Positions 29,701 to 38,136 of a stretch of DNA of 64,000 nucleotides are shown in pieces. The number at the start of each line of letters is the position of its first letter. The stretch's first letter is position 1. The stretch comes from a virus. The position numbers and the translations under genes are program-made. The notes under the pieces were generated by a model that saw only the letters and a list, made by a program, of their open reading frames with translations, was not told where the DNA came from and made no database searches. The stretch is taken from IMG/VR virus record IMGVR_UViG_3300006104_000014, positions 1-64,000 of that record. The stretch is one strand, 5' to 3'.

Positions 29701-32037
29701 TTACATGTCCCCAAATTGACTAATATCAGGGCTGTCCATTCCACCATCACCACTATGGTGTGAACCAGCACCCATGGGATCTGTAGCTTCTTCACTTCCA
29801 TGTTGATCTGGTACTACTTGAGCACCAAGATCAGAAGCTAAGTGTTCTCTAAACTCATCTTCATTAAACTTCTCATAACTATCATCTACGATGATCTTCA
29901 TACCAGAAGCAAGCTTCATTCTAACACGCTTCTTTTGCTCAATTGGTACGGCAAACTTCATACGGTTACCATACTCAACTTTACCCTGGAACTCATCATT
30001 GTCATCTTCATCCCAAAGACTGCCATTAACCGAAGAGGTTTTCTTCTTCTTTTTAGGCCCTGTCTTACCCCTAGCTTGATTTTGCTTAGGTTGAGAACCC
30101 TTTTGCTCATCTGATTGCTCTGGTCTTTGTCTTGGGTTTGGTACAGGACCAGAAGGATAAACTTCAGCAGCTCCACTAACATCGGATTGAGCAGCAGGTC
30201 CCGTAAGATTAGGGGCAGCAGGAATAGAGGAAAGGTCGGCCATTGCTTGAGGAGACATTGCAGCACCAATAGATGGGTCCTGAAGCATAGAAACATAAGC
30301 TTCGTATTCCTGTACATACTCTGGGGGAATAGGAAGCTGAAGAATCATTAATCTATCAAAGAGTTCCTTCTTATACTCCTGCTCAGCAACAACTGATTTA
30401 ATCTTCTCATCCTTACGGGCCTTGAGTTCATCATCAAAGTCAATTGGGATATTAATAGCAAGGGTACCAAGGGATACTGGGAATCCACTAGCAGCTAATT
30501 GCTGTAAGAATCCTCTTTCTACCGTTTCATCTCTGAGGTTCATAGACCGGAATCTAACCTCAGGAATAGCTAACTTAGGCCGTTCTTCTACGTATTCTTC
30601 TCCGGTTTCATCATCTACCATGAGAACCGTTTCCATAATAGGAACCATTTGGCCACCTACCTTACGGTACTCAAAGTGACCCTGTCTTTCAGCAACAGGT
30701 TCCATACGTGATCTAATGAATCTATCAATCTTATGCTGGTAGGTACTTAACATCTGGGTAATCAATTCTCTGTTAAGAGCACCAGAAGCATAAGTAGCTG
30801 AACTAGAACCACCCTGGAGTAACTCAGCACCAATACCAAAGACCTGCATAACTTTAGATTCTACACGCATAAAGTCAGCATCTAGTCTTGGCATACTTTC
30901 TCTACCGAAAGCATTCTTAATATCTAATCCATGGTGATAGGTCATTAAACGGAAGTCCGAGTTAATGGCCATACTTAGGTCATCTCTTAGTGACTGAAGT
31001 TCAGTAGCATCCGGAATCCAAGGACCATCTTCGTCAACATTAGGAAGACCAAGAGTAGCAAGGATAAGGGGAGAATACAGGCGGTCAGCAATAGCATCCT
31101 GAGCAGCATTAAGAGATTCTTCCAGCATAAGCATACGAAAAGCACGAAGAAGAATAGGAGTACCATGCTCACTCCAGGGGTTAGTCTTAAACTTTAACTG
31201 CTTCATAATAACATCAGAAACAGGAATTTCTTTATCCTGCTTAGCCCAGGCAACAATATCTGGGTAGAGTTGCATAAGCATTGCATACTCTTGGGCAGGT
31301 TCTCTGGTATCGATGAGTTTCTTAATCTCATCTGGAACTTTAATATGGTACTGGTAGGTTCTAAGAGCTCTATTCTTAGCTACAATAACATCGTTAGGGT
31401 TAATGATTTCATCATCTTCCCAGGCACCAATACCATCATGCCATGACCCCATAGCAAATGCTTCACCAACTGTCCAATGCTCTCTACCAAGGTCAAACAA
31501 AAACTCTTGGTAGTCCAGACCATCAAAGAATAATTCTGTGTAGAATTGTGCAATTCTTTTATCTGGGTGAGCAAACTCAATATCGAGAAGAGGATACCGA
31601 GTATAAATATCGATAAGTGAGGGGACTAAGTAGTGAGTAGTATAAAGAAGACGTGCCCAGTCTCTAATCTTCTTCATTTGCTCATCGGGGTCCTCCATGT
31701 TGAACCACCAGGTTCTCTCCCTCCAATATTCGAAAGGGTCATGAAGTTTTGGCCAGGCCCACTGAGCATCTGAGCCTGTTGCTGCAGCAGTACGACGGTT
31801 TTGAGTATTTGCAACCCCAAAGTCCGGAATACTGCTAAATTTTTCTAACTTTTCTCTACCACGTGATTCTTGCTGCATGGCCATAGGGCCAACATCATTA
31901 AGCATAGATCCTTGTCTTACGTTAGTAAGGATCTCTTTCGTGGCTAATCTACCACGTACAGGGTTACTAGGGAGTGTTAAGCCTTCACGTCTCATTCTCT
32001 GAAACTCGGCTGATGCACTCTTATCTTCTCTAGTCAT
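29701..32037 (-). CDS. Portal protein
   Basis: HGTPILLRAFRMLMLEESLNAAQDAIADRLYSPLILATLG clip/stem pattern; first gene of the head module. Confidence 0.85.
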   Translation of the reverse strand: MTREDKSASAEFQRMRREGLTLPSNPVRGRLATKEILTNVRQGSMLNDVGPMAMQQESRGREKLEKFSSIPDFGVANTQNRRTAAATGSDAQWAWPKLHDPFEYWRERTWWFNMEDPDEQMKKIRDWARLLYTTHYLVPSLIDIYTRYPLLDIEFAHPDKRIAQFYTELFFDGLDYQEFLFDLGREHWTVGEAFAMGSWHDGIGAWEDDEIINPNDVIVAKNRALRTYQYHIKVPDEIKKLIDTREPAQEYAMLMQLYPDIVAWAKQDKEIPVSDVIMKQLKFKTNPWSEHGTPILLRAFRMLMLEESLNAAQDAIADRLYSPLILATLGLPNVDEDGPWIPDATELQSLRDDLSMAINSDFRLMTYHHGLDIKNAFGRESMPRLDADFMRVESKVMQVFGIGAELLQGGSSSATYASGALNRELITQMLSTYQHKIDRFIRSRMEPVAERQGHFEYRKVGGQMVPIMETVLMVDDETGEEYVEERPKLAIPEVRFRSMNLRDETVERGFLQQLAASGFPVSLGTLAINIPIDFDDELKARKDEKIKSVVAEQEYKKELFDRLMILQLPIPPEYVQEYEAYVSMLQDPSIGAAMSPQAMADLSSIPAAPNLTGPAAQSDVSGAAEVYPSGPVPNPRQRPEQSDEQKGSQPKQNQARGKTGPKKKKKTSSVNGSLWDEDDNDEFQGKVEYGNRMKFAVPIEQKKRVRMKLASGMKIIVDDSYEKFNEDEFREHLASDLGAQVVPDQHGSEEATDPMGAGSHHSGDGGMDSPDISQFGDM

Positions 32038-32097
32038 TAACCCTTTACTTTCTCTTTGATCCTACTTATTGTAGAATCGATTGACACAAAATCTCTT

Positions 32098-32127
32098 ATA
32101 AAAAAGGGGGAACTATACCCCTTAAAA
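32098..32127 (-). terminator. Intrinsic terminator-like hairpin
   Basis: AAGGGG-TATAGTTC-CCCCTT followed by a T-run on the minus strand. Confidence 0.5.
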
Positions 32128-32310
32128 TTAGTTGGCCTCTGAGCAAGTAATACAGGATTGAGGTGAAAGGCCACCACAATTCTCACAAACGTTCTCCATA
32201 CCGTTTTTAATGATATCAAAACCGTTTCTAATCTCACTCATACCCATGGTAAAGTTAGCTGCTAACTTTTGCTTCATGCTGTAACGAATATTTTGCTGTC
32301 TTTCGATCAT
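32128..32310 (-). CDS. Small Zn-ribbon protein
   Basis: CENC...CITC. Confidence 0.55.
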   Translation of the reverse strand: MIERQQNIRYSMKQKLAANFTMGMSEIRNGFDIIKNGMENVCENCGGLSPQSCITCSEAN

Positions 32311-32325
32311 TATATAGCCTTTCCC

Positions 32326-33030
32326 TTAGCCAATCCAAGTGTGATTGGACTTAATATTCTCGTAAGGAGTATTGCTACCGGATACTGTAGTAGTATTACC
32401 GGAGATTGAAACCCTTCTTGGGTTTTGGATACTCATTTGACCAATTTGACCATTAGCATCTGTAGCATTAGCACCAACTTGCATAGCACTAAGATCGGTA
32501 AACATACCAGCGATAGCCCAGTCAATAATTCCATGTCCGCCAGAAGCAACTAAACGGTAGGCGTTGTAAAGGGTACCAGAAGCAACATTTACAGCAAGTC
32601 GTACTGGGACATTTCCACTAGTAACTGTACCTGAGACAATATTAACCCAGTTTGTTGAGCTATAGTCTATAGTACCAATATAACGCTTTTGAGTACCTTG
32701 CAGGGTAACATGAGCTGTTCCAGACCAATCAGATTCAGCTGTAAGGGTAACTACAGTAGAAAGGATATCAGTAACAGCTTCCATAGAACCAGGAGAACAT
32801 ACAAAACCTACATCTGTGTTATTATTAACACCAGATGCTAAGATTAAACCAGGAACAACAGAACCTGGGACTCCACCGTTAAATGTCCCATTAGACTTTA
32901 AAGAAGGATATGGAGGTGTTGCTGGGTGTACGTTAGATGGGTGGCCATCAACTCCATAAAGAGTAACAAACTGGCCTAATGGCCAGGTCCTTTTAACTTG
33001 TCTAGGTCCACTACCTTCAGCGAAGTTCAT
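32326..33030 (-). CDS. Beta-rich virion protein
   Basis: Repeated VSG/ASG motifs like the other structural proteins. Confidence 0.55.
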   Translation of the reverse strand: MNFAEGSGPRQVKRTWPLGQFVTLYGVDGHPSNVHPATPPYPSLKSNGTFNGGVPGSVVPGLILASGVNNNTDVGFVCSPGSMEAVTDILSTVVTLTAESDWSGTAHVTLQGTQKRYIGTIDYSSTNWVNIVSGTVTSGNVPVRLAVNVASGTLYNAYRLVASGGHGIIDWAIAGMFTDLSAMQVGANATDANGQIGQMSIQNPRRVSISGNTTTVSGSNTPYENIKSNHTWIG

Positions 33031-33551
33031 TGCATCTCCATCTGTTCTTGACTAATACCTGTCTCTAAGAACCTTTGAGCATTTGCAAAGATATCATCGT
33101 CTGATAAATCTAAGTCTTCTAATGGAGGTTCTTCTAGCTCTGGTTCTGGTTGTTTAATTTCTTCTACTGTCTTTTGGATAATAGGTTCCTCAACCTTTGG
33201 AGCAGGTAGAGGAGGAGTTATAAGCTTAGGGGGTTCTAATGGAATAAATAGACTAGAAAGGAATTCAGAAGTAAGTTTCCAGGTTGTATCTGAAACTTTT
33301 TCTCCTGTTAACTTAGCTAATCTATTGCCTTTTATGTCCCATAAGAACATATATTCTTTTCCGTCGTAGTCTGTAACCTTACCTAGGGAAAAGATACCTT
33401 GTCTAGATAATACTGCAGCTGAATTAATACCTACAACTTCTTCAGGAATTACTACTTCTGGTTCTTCAATTGTAGGAAGCTCAAGTACTGGGGCCTTTAC
33501 TGCTTCTGCCTCAGGTTGAAAAATAATTCTAGTCTTTCTAGCTTTGAACAT
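33027..33551 (-). CDS. Hypothetical protein, Pro/Glu-rich
   Basis: Coupled ORF of 174 aa. Confidence 0.55.
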   Translation of the reverse strand: MFKARKTRIIFQPEAEAVKAPVLELPTIEEPEVVIPEEVVGINSAAVLSRQGIFSLGKVTDYDGKEYMFLWDIKGNRLAKLTGEKVSDTTWKLTSEFLSSLFIPLEPPKLITPPLPAPKVEEPIIQKTVEEIKQPEPELEEPPLEDLDLSDDDIFANAQRFLETGISQEQMEMQ

Positions 33552-34090
33552 TAGCCCTTAATCATTAATTCGTAGTCACTCTTACGCTCTACGGATGCCG
33601 TTTTGTCGTCCCAAATAACAGCAAATTCTGCATCACCAACAGCAATTACTGTCCCAGAAGCTAATCTGGTTGGGCTCTTGTACGTAACTCTTCCACCCTC
33701 TAAGGTGTCATTCTCCAAAGAAGCAACTACACCAAGGGTAAAGTTTTTACGAGCTTGCTTGTTGAGAAAACCTTTAGACTGACTGGCAGCCCGCTCTAAG
33801 TAAGCATAAGGACCAACTTGTTGAGCTGGGTTCATATTAGGGTCAAGGTTTGGGTTTCCAGGGTGAGTAACGTTGTCGTTATCACGGTCATATTGACTAG
33901 CTTGGTCGGCTCTTTGTTGCTGCTGAATACCAGCAAACTCTTGAGTAAAGATACCATTTGTATCCATGTAGTCTTTAGGCATAGGACTACCAGGCTCAAC
34001 AAAGTCAACACCAACATCTGCACCAGCTGGAAGGTCGTCCATGGCCGTACGTACAAATAGGTTCTTGGGGTTTATATTCAATCTAAACAT
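33551..34090 (-). CDS. Hypothetical protein with C-terminal SH3-like barrel
   Basis: GTVIAVGDAEFAVIWDD; AGGAAAG RBS. Confidence 0.55.
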   Translation of the reverse strand: MFRLNINPKNLFVRTAMDDLPAGADVGVDFVEPGSPMPKDYMDTNGIFTQEFAGIQQQQRADQASQYDRDNDNVTHPGNPNLDPNMNPAQQVGPYAYLERAASQSKGFLNKQARKNFTLGVVASLENDTLEGGRVTYKSPTRLASGTVIAVGDAEFAVIWDDKTASVERKSDYELMIKG

Positions 34091-34151
34091 TTTCTTTCCT
34101 TATCAATCGGAATCTATTACTTGGTATAGGATATCACTAGACTTACATTTA

Positions 34152-34547
34152 CTATTTCGTTTTGGGCTTCAACGAGGGAAATTCAGAATCAATATTACCT
34201 GGTTCACTTGTACCTTCTACAGTTGCAGATGGAACTCTCGTTCTATTGAATGACCTTGGTAAATTATTGATTTGTTCAGATTGTTGAGCTGGGTCTACGG
34301 GCTCTCCAGGCTTAACGAGATAAGGATTCTTTGTAGTAGCTGTCAATACGTGGCTACGTACAAGTTGCCCACCACATTCACATCTAAAGGAGGAATTACC
34401 AGAATCTTTTGAATCTACGATTAGATCTCCACCCTCAATATCACCTGGGTCTGTTACGTTTCCACAGGAAGTGCAAATGTAATCTGGATAACCTGTAGCA
34501 ACTTTCCAAGATGTAGCTTGGATATATTCCTCTACAGGATTACTCAC
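34152..34547 (-). CDS. Zn-ribbon protein (probable GTG start at 34547)
   Basis: CTSC...CECGG; GTGAGTAA overlap with the upstream stop. Confidence 0.55.
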   Translation of the reverse strand: MSNPVEEYIQATSWKVATGYPDYICTSCGNVTDPGDIEGGDLIVDSKDSGNSSFRCECGGQLVRSHVLTATTKNPYLVKPGEPVDPAQQSEQINNLPRSFNRTRVPSATVEGTSEPGNIDSEFPSLKPKTK

Positions 34548-35949
34548 TGGGATACTCTTCTTCTTCGTTAAAGATGCTTGGTGGTTGTTCACCAGAAGCT
34601 GGGCTCTCGTCTGGGGTTTTTGCATTACCCTTGGGGATAAGACCTCTACCAAACGATGAAGGTCTACCTCTACCGGTATTTCCACCACTAGAGCCTGGCT
34701 GAGTAAAGTTACGTACACTTGGTTTTCTACTCTTTGGGGGCCCGCCTAAGGTAAACTTATGCTTCTTTTGGACCTGACTGTAATCAATTTGGTCCAAAAC
34801 AACATTAGTCCAACCCTCTTCCGACTTAGGAAGTGGCTCAATATTCTTGTATGGGTCCCAACGACCCTCAAAACTACTTAGGTCTTCTTCTGGGTGCTCT
34901 GAGTTATACTTTTCAACTTTTGACTGCTCTTCATTATATGGACCCCAGTCAAAAGCCTCAAGCTTATAGGCTTTTTCGCCAGGCTTGGTCCCCTTAAGAC
35001 GTACAACGGTATGTGGCTTATCAGAGAGAGGAGCAAACTTCTCTTTCCTACCGGTCATCCAGTTGAAAGCACGCCAATTAGATGGTCTTTTACCTTTAGC
35101 CTGCAATCTATCTGTAGCTAGCTGAGCATCAAGGTCAGGCCATTCTTCGACCGTCTTTTGTCTTGGCATTCCTCTTTCATTTCTAATGATTCTGCCCTTT
35201 TGATCTCTTTCAAAGACGTTACGCTTACTGGGTCTAGTAGCACCCTTAGCACTTTCCCAGTTCCAGAACATTTGACTTGGGTCAGGAAGTTCTTTGTAGC
35301 CATCTAAGCAAGGTTGACATTCTAACCCAAATTTACCATCAATCTTTGCAGCTGGTCTTGGGCAAGCACCTGATCTTGGGTGTACACTTGTACAACGTGG
35401 AGCAAATTCTCCAATATCACTAAGAGCAATTTTATGGTGCTCTGGAAGCTCATCTTCATCAACTTTATAGAAGTTAGGACGTGTTGGATCAGCAAAGTGG
35501 AACTGAGTCATAGAAGCTGACTTGGATAAGATACCCTTATTGGGTCCAAGGTCTCTATTACTTTCTCTAGTATCTGAAGGGTGTCCAGACACCCAGTTAA
35601 TAAGGAACTGGTTAAACTCTGGGTTCTTAGCTGCTACTCTACCGTGGGTAATATAGTGCCCACCTTCGGTTCCAGCTAAACGTACATAGTCTCCAACGTT
35701 AATTTCTTCTCTTCCGGGGACATCATAGGAAGATGCTGGAAATTGGCCTGAGTTAAACTCACGTACATCTGTACTGATTCTATAGTTTCTATTTCTACGT
35801 CGAGCTGGTTCAGCTGATCTTTGTCCAGTTTCAGCTTCTGTTTCGTAGTTAGAACCACCCTCTTCGGGTCCGTCTGGATCACTTTCGCCTTTGCCCTGCC
35901 CAAATTGCCAATTAACTGCAAGCTTTAGGGAGGGCTCTAGACTAAAAAA
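34540..35949 (-). CDS. -1 frameshift extension of the 36287 gene
   Basis: Frame of ORF 34540-35592 stays open without an ATG/GTG/TTG start up to 35952, overlapping T_TTT_TTA (35943-35949) at the end of the upstream ORF. Confidence 0.7.
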   Translation of the reverse strand, partial: FFSLEPSLKLAVNWQFGQGKGESDPDGPEEGGSNYETEAETGQRSAEPARRRNRNYRISTDVREFNSGQFPASSYDVPGREEINVGDYVRLAGTEGGHYITHGRVAAKNPEFNQFLINWVSGHPSDTRESNRDLGPNKGILSKSASMTQFHFADPTRPNFYKVDEDELPEHHKIALSDIGEFAPRCTSVHPRSGACPRPAAKIDGKFGLECQPCLDGYKELPDPSQMFWNWESAKGATRPSKRNVFERDQKGRIIRNERGMPRQKTVEEWPDLDAQLATDRLQAKGKRPSNWRAFNWMTGRKEKFAPLSDKPHTVVRLKGTKPGEKAYKLEAFDWGPYNEEQSKVEKYNSEHPEEDLSSFEGRWDPYKNIEPLPKSEEGWTNVVLDQIDYSQVQKKHKFTLGGPPKSRKPSVRNFTQPGSSGGNTGRGRPSSFGRGLIPKGNAKTPDESPASGEQPPSIFNEEEEYPSE

Positions 35950-36287
35950 TAGTCACTCAACTTTGGAGCAGAAGTTACTCTATCTGTACTAGTTGCTGGT
36001 TTGCAAATTTGGCAAGAAGCATGACGTAACTGCCATTCATCATAAATAGCTCTAACTAACTTACCCTTATTGTCGGATACGGAAGCTAACTTCCTACGGG
36101 CAGCACTATTGATGGTGTCATCAACCATCTGGCAACGGAGAGCAAACTCTTTATCCGTGTGAGCAAGGAAAATGAAGTCTCCTGCTTTAGAAAGTACTTC
36201 ATGTTTGGCTGAAATTACAGCTTTACCGGCCGTCTTAGCATTAAAGACAAGGTCCTGGGTTGAGTCAAAATCAAATAACGATGACAT
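35937..36287 (-). CDS. Head-associated hypothetical protein (true start MSSLFDF at 36287)
   Basis: GGAG RBS upstream; the longer ORF-track call overlaps a tRNA fragment. Confidence 0.65.
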   Translation of the reverse strand: MSSLFDFDSTQDLVFNAKTAGKAVISAKHEVLSKAGDFIFLAHTDKEFALRCQMVDDTINSAARRKLASVSDNKGKLVRAIYDEWQLRHASCQICKPATSTDRVTSAPKLSDYFLV

Positions 36288-36367
36288 AATAGGCTCCGTA
36301 TTCTGTTGCAATAGCAACGCTGGACAAGTACTTCGCCACTTACTTTGAATACTATACCTCTTTACAT

Positions 36368-36399
36368 TGGTCCGGAGAACAGGAATTGAACCTGTGACC
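36368..36399 (-). pseudogene. Isolated tRNA 3' half (T-arm, acceptor strand, ACCA)
   Basis: GGTC ACAGG TTCAATT CCTGT TCTCCGG A CCA with no matching 5' half adjacent. Confidence 0.6.
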
Positions 36400-36408
36400 A
36401 TGGAAATG

Positions 36409-36479
36409 TCCGGGTGGTAGGGGTCGAACCTACGGGGCCAGAGATATAAGCTCTAGTTGGATAACCGATCCACACCCGG
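36409..36479 (-). tRNA. tRNA-Ile(UAU), atypical short D-arm
   Basis: CCGGGTG/CACCCGG acceptor, TAGAG-CTTATAT-CTCTG anticodon arm, GTAGG-TTCGACC-CCTAC T-arm. Confidence 0.7.
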
Positions 36480-36488
36480 TAAGCTGAG

Positions 36489-36560
36489 CTGAGGGGGAAG
36501 GATTCGAACCCTCGACATTCGGGACCAAAACCCGACGTTCTACCACTGAACTACCCCTCA
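36489..36560 (-). tRNA. tRNA-Gln(UUG)
   Basis: TGAGGGG/CCCCTCA acceptor, TCGGG-TTTTGGT-CCCGA anticodon arm, TTCGAAT T-loop; CCA not encoded. Confidence 0.9.
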
Positions 36561-36563
36561 AGG

Positions 36564-36652
36564 TGAGAAGGAGTCAGCACCCTGTTTGTAGAGGTCTCCT
36601 GCGCATTAATCAAACAGACTCCCTATCCTTACGGTATAGGGCATCCTTCTCA
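36564..36652 (-). ncRNA. Unidentified three-way-junction structured RNA
   Basis: TGAGAAGGA/TCCTTCTCA closing stem; CCCTAT/ATAGGG and CTGTTTG/CAAACAG inner stems. Confidence 0.45.
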
Positions 36653-36686
36653 ACTCCTAGACTGAGCTAGGAAACTTATTACTTAG

Positions 36687-36926
36687 TTACTTAGTTACTG
36701 GTGGTGTTGTAGCTGGAACTGGAAGTGCACCAAGTAACCAGGAAAGCTTTGGATACTTCTCTTCAAGCTTACGGATAGCAGCGTAGTAACCAGTTGAGAG
36801 TACAGGAGCTAAAACAGCAAACTGTCCACTCTTAAGATTAAAACCTTTACTGGCTAACCAAGCAACTACGGTACCAACAACGACCGGAACACCGGTTCTA
36901 ACGACATTACGCAAGTAGTTTTGCAT
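36687..36926 (-). CDS. Holin
   Basis: Two TM helices; VRTGVP...YYAAIRKLE...WLLG pattern typical of actinophage holins. Confidence 0.75.
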   Translation of the reverse strand: MQNYLRNVVRTGVPVVVGTVVAWLASKGFNLKSGQFAVLAPVLSTGYYAAIRKLEEKYPKLSWLLGALPVPATTPPVTK

Positions 36927-36948
36927 AACTTTTCCTTTCTTTTAGGAG

Positions 36949-37020
36949 AGCCCCCGACAGGAATTGAACCTGTATCCGCTGATTACAAAACAGCCGTAAT
37001 ATCCATTATACTACAGAGGC
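36949..37020 (-). tRNA. tRNA-Thr(UGU)
   Basis: GCCTCTG/CGGGGGC acceptor, anticodon loop TTTGTAA, ACAGG-TTCAATT-CCTGT T-arm. Confidence 0.85.
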
Positions 37021-37025
37021 AATTA

Positions 37026-37187
37026 TTACTCTACTTCAGAAAACTTAATAGTACCTTGTACGTTGTTAACTTGGTTCCTCAATGAAGTAACAAGTTGGGT
37101 AAAGGTTTCATGGACCTCTTGCTCAGCTAACTCAGATGTTTGAAGATTAGCTGGATTAAATGTGAACTCAATAGTGACTTTTCTCAT
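37026..37187 (-). CDS. Small hypothetical protein (53 aa; below the ORF-track cutoff)
   Basis: MRKVTIEFTFNPANLQ...; ATG lies 6 nt after a predicted -10 box, so possibly leaderless. Confidence 0.5.
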   Translation of the reverse strand: MRKVTIEFTFNPANLQTSELAEQEVHETFTQLVTSLRNQVNNVQGTIKFSEVE

Positions 37188-37193
37188 ATTATT

Positions 37194-37222
37194 AGTTTAT
37201 ACCTACTATTTTAACTAATCAA
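37194..37222 (-). promoter_or_regulatory. Sigma70-like promoter for the tRNA cluster
   Basis: TTGATT-N17-TAAACT. Confidence 0.45.
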
Positions 37223-37227
37223 GTAGA

Positions 37228-37734
37228 TTAGTAACTTGTTTGCATAAAGTCATCTGCATTGGTTCTATCAGCATACGGTTGTCGATGATGTATCATTACT
37301 GGGATGGGGGTATCAGGAGCTAAATGGTATAAGCTTATAAGTCTATGATGACCTTCAAAAATTTCTCTATTGCTGCTTTTTTGGTGATATGGACTGAGTG
37401 ACTTATAATCATCTTTTAGGTGCAGTAAGGAAACAGGTTCTTTTAGCCCATTCTTTTTAAGATCATCGTATAACCCAGACTCTTTGGCTTTTTGTAATTT
37501 ATCGTTCCAAAAAAGTTTTTGATTATTGGGGCTACGGTAATCAGTATCCTCTGATGCATTCCACTCTTCTGGATCAACTTTTGAAGGTGTACCTGGACCA
37601 TTACCAAATAATGAGTCATGGAATTCTCCTTCATTAACTGCATAATTGGATATTATGTCACGGGGAGTTTTATACTCTATGTGATGGTAAGCAGAACGAG
37701 GTGCTATAGCGTATCTTTATTTCCAATTAATCAT
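37228..37734 (-). pseudogene. Tagged ParB/Srx-like paralog with a single TAA at codon 6
   Basis: MINWK*RYAIAPR...KESGLYDDLKKNGLKEPV...EIFEGHHRLISL; otherwise intact 168 codons, paralog of 38136-38534. Confidence 0.75.
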
Positions 37735-37740
37735 TTTGGA

Positions 37741-38136
37741 TTATCTATCTAAAAAGGGTCCATGGGGGATACCAGGGCTTGCAGCGGTGGGGTCGTAAGC
37801 AATGTATTTAACTGTCAATTCTTCGTCTTTTCCAACTGGTTTAATTGCACGTAAACTACTAAACATATCATTTTCACCATGTCTATAAAACTCACAATTA
37901 GGAGTTTCGGCGTTATGATTGATATAGGCGCCAGTAGGTGTACGAATAACTCCTTCAGCAAATCTCCCATCACCTCTAATATGGGTAACACCAAAATCTC
38001 TACCAGCTGGAATGTCTTCTTTTGCAAAAAGACCGTTTCCGTGAATAGAAGAAGGTCTTACATCTAATTCGTTGGGTAAGGGTTTCCAAAAACCTTGCTC
38101 ACTCCAACCGGCGTATCTTTGTTTCCAATTAATCAT
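37741..38136 (-). CDS. SET-domain protein-lysine methyltransferase with MINWKQRYA tag
   Basis: SSIHGNGLFAKEDIPAG, YINHN, EELTVKY SET motifs. Confidence 0.85.
   Translation of the reverse strand: MINWKQRYAGWSEQGFWKPLPNELDVRPSSIHGNGLFAKEDIPAGRDFGVTHIRGDGRFAEGVIRTPTGAYINHNAETPNCEFYRHGENDMFSSLRAIKPVGKDEELTVKYIAYDPTAASPGIPHGPFLDR

Noticed and set aside
32037-32237. 66-aa ORF upstream of portal
   Set aside because: Overlaps a better ORF and runs through a terminator hairpin
35676-35921. 81-aa ORF MQLIGNLGRAKAK
   Set aside because: Lies inside the longer open frame reached by the -1 frameshift; no clear RBS
36288-36401. N-terminal extension of ORF 35937-36401
   Set aside because: Overlaps the tRNA fragment and candidate promoter; better RBS at 36287
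37443-37643. 66-aa ORF MQLMKENS
   Set aside because: Out-of-frame shadow of the ParB-like pseudogene 37228-37734
37717-37719. Genome-wide stop-codon reassignment
   Set aside because: Only one in-frame TAA was seen; TAA, TAG and TGA all end tightly coupled genes, and tRNA-Leu has anticodon UAG (reads CUA), so it is not a suppressor
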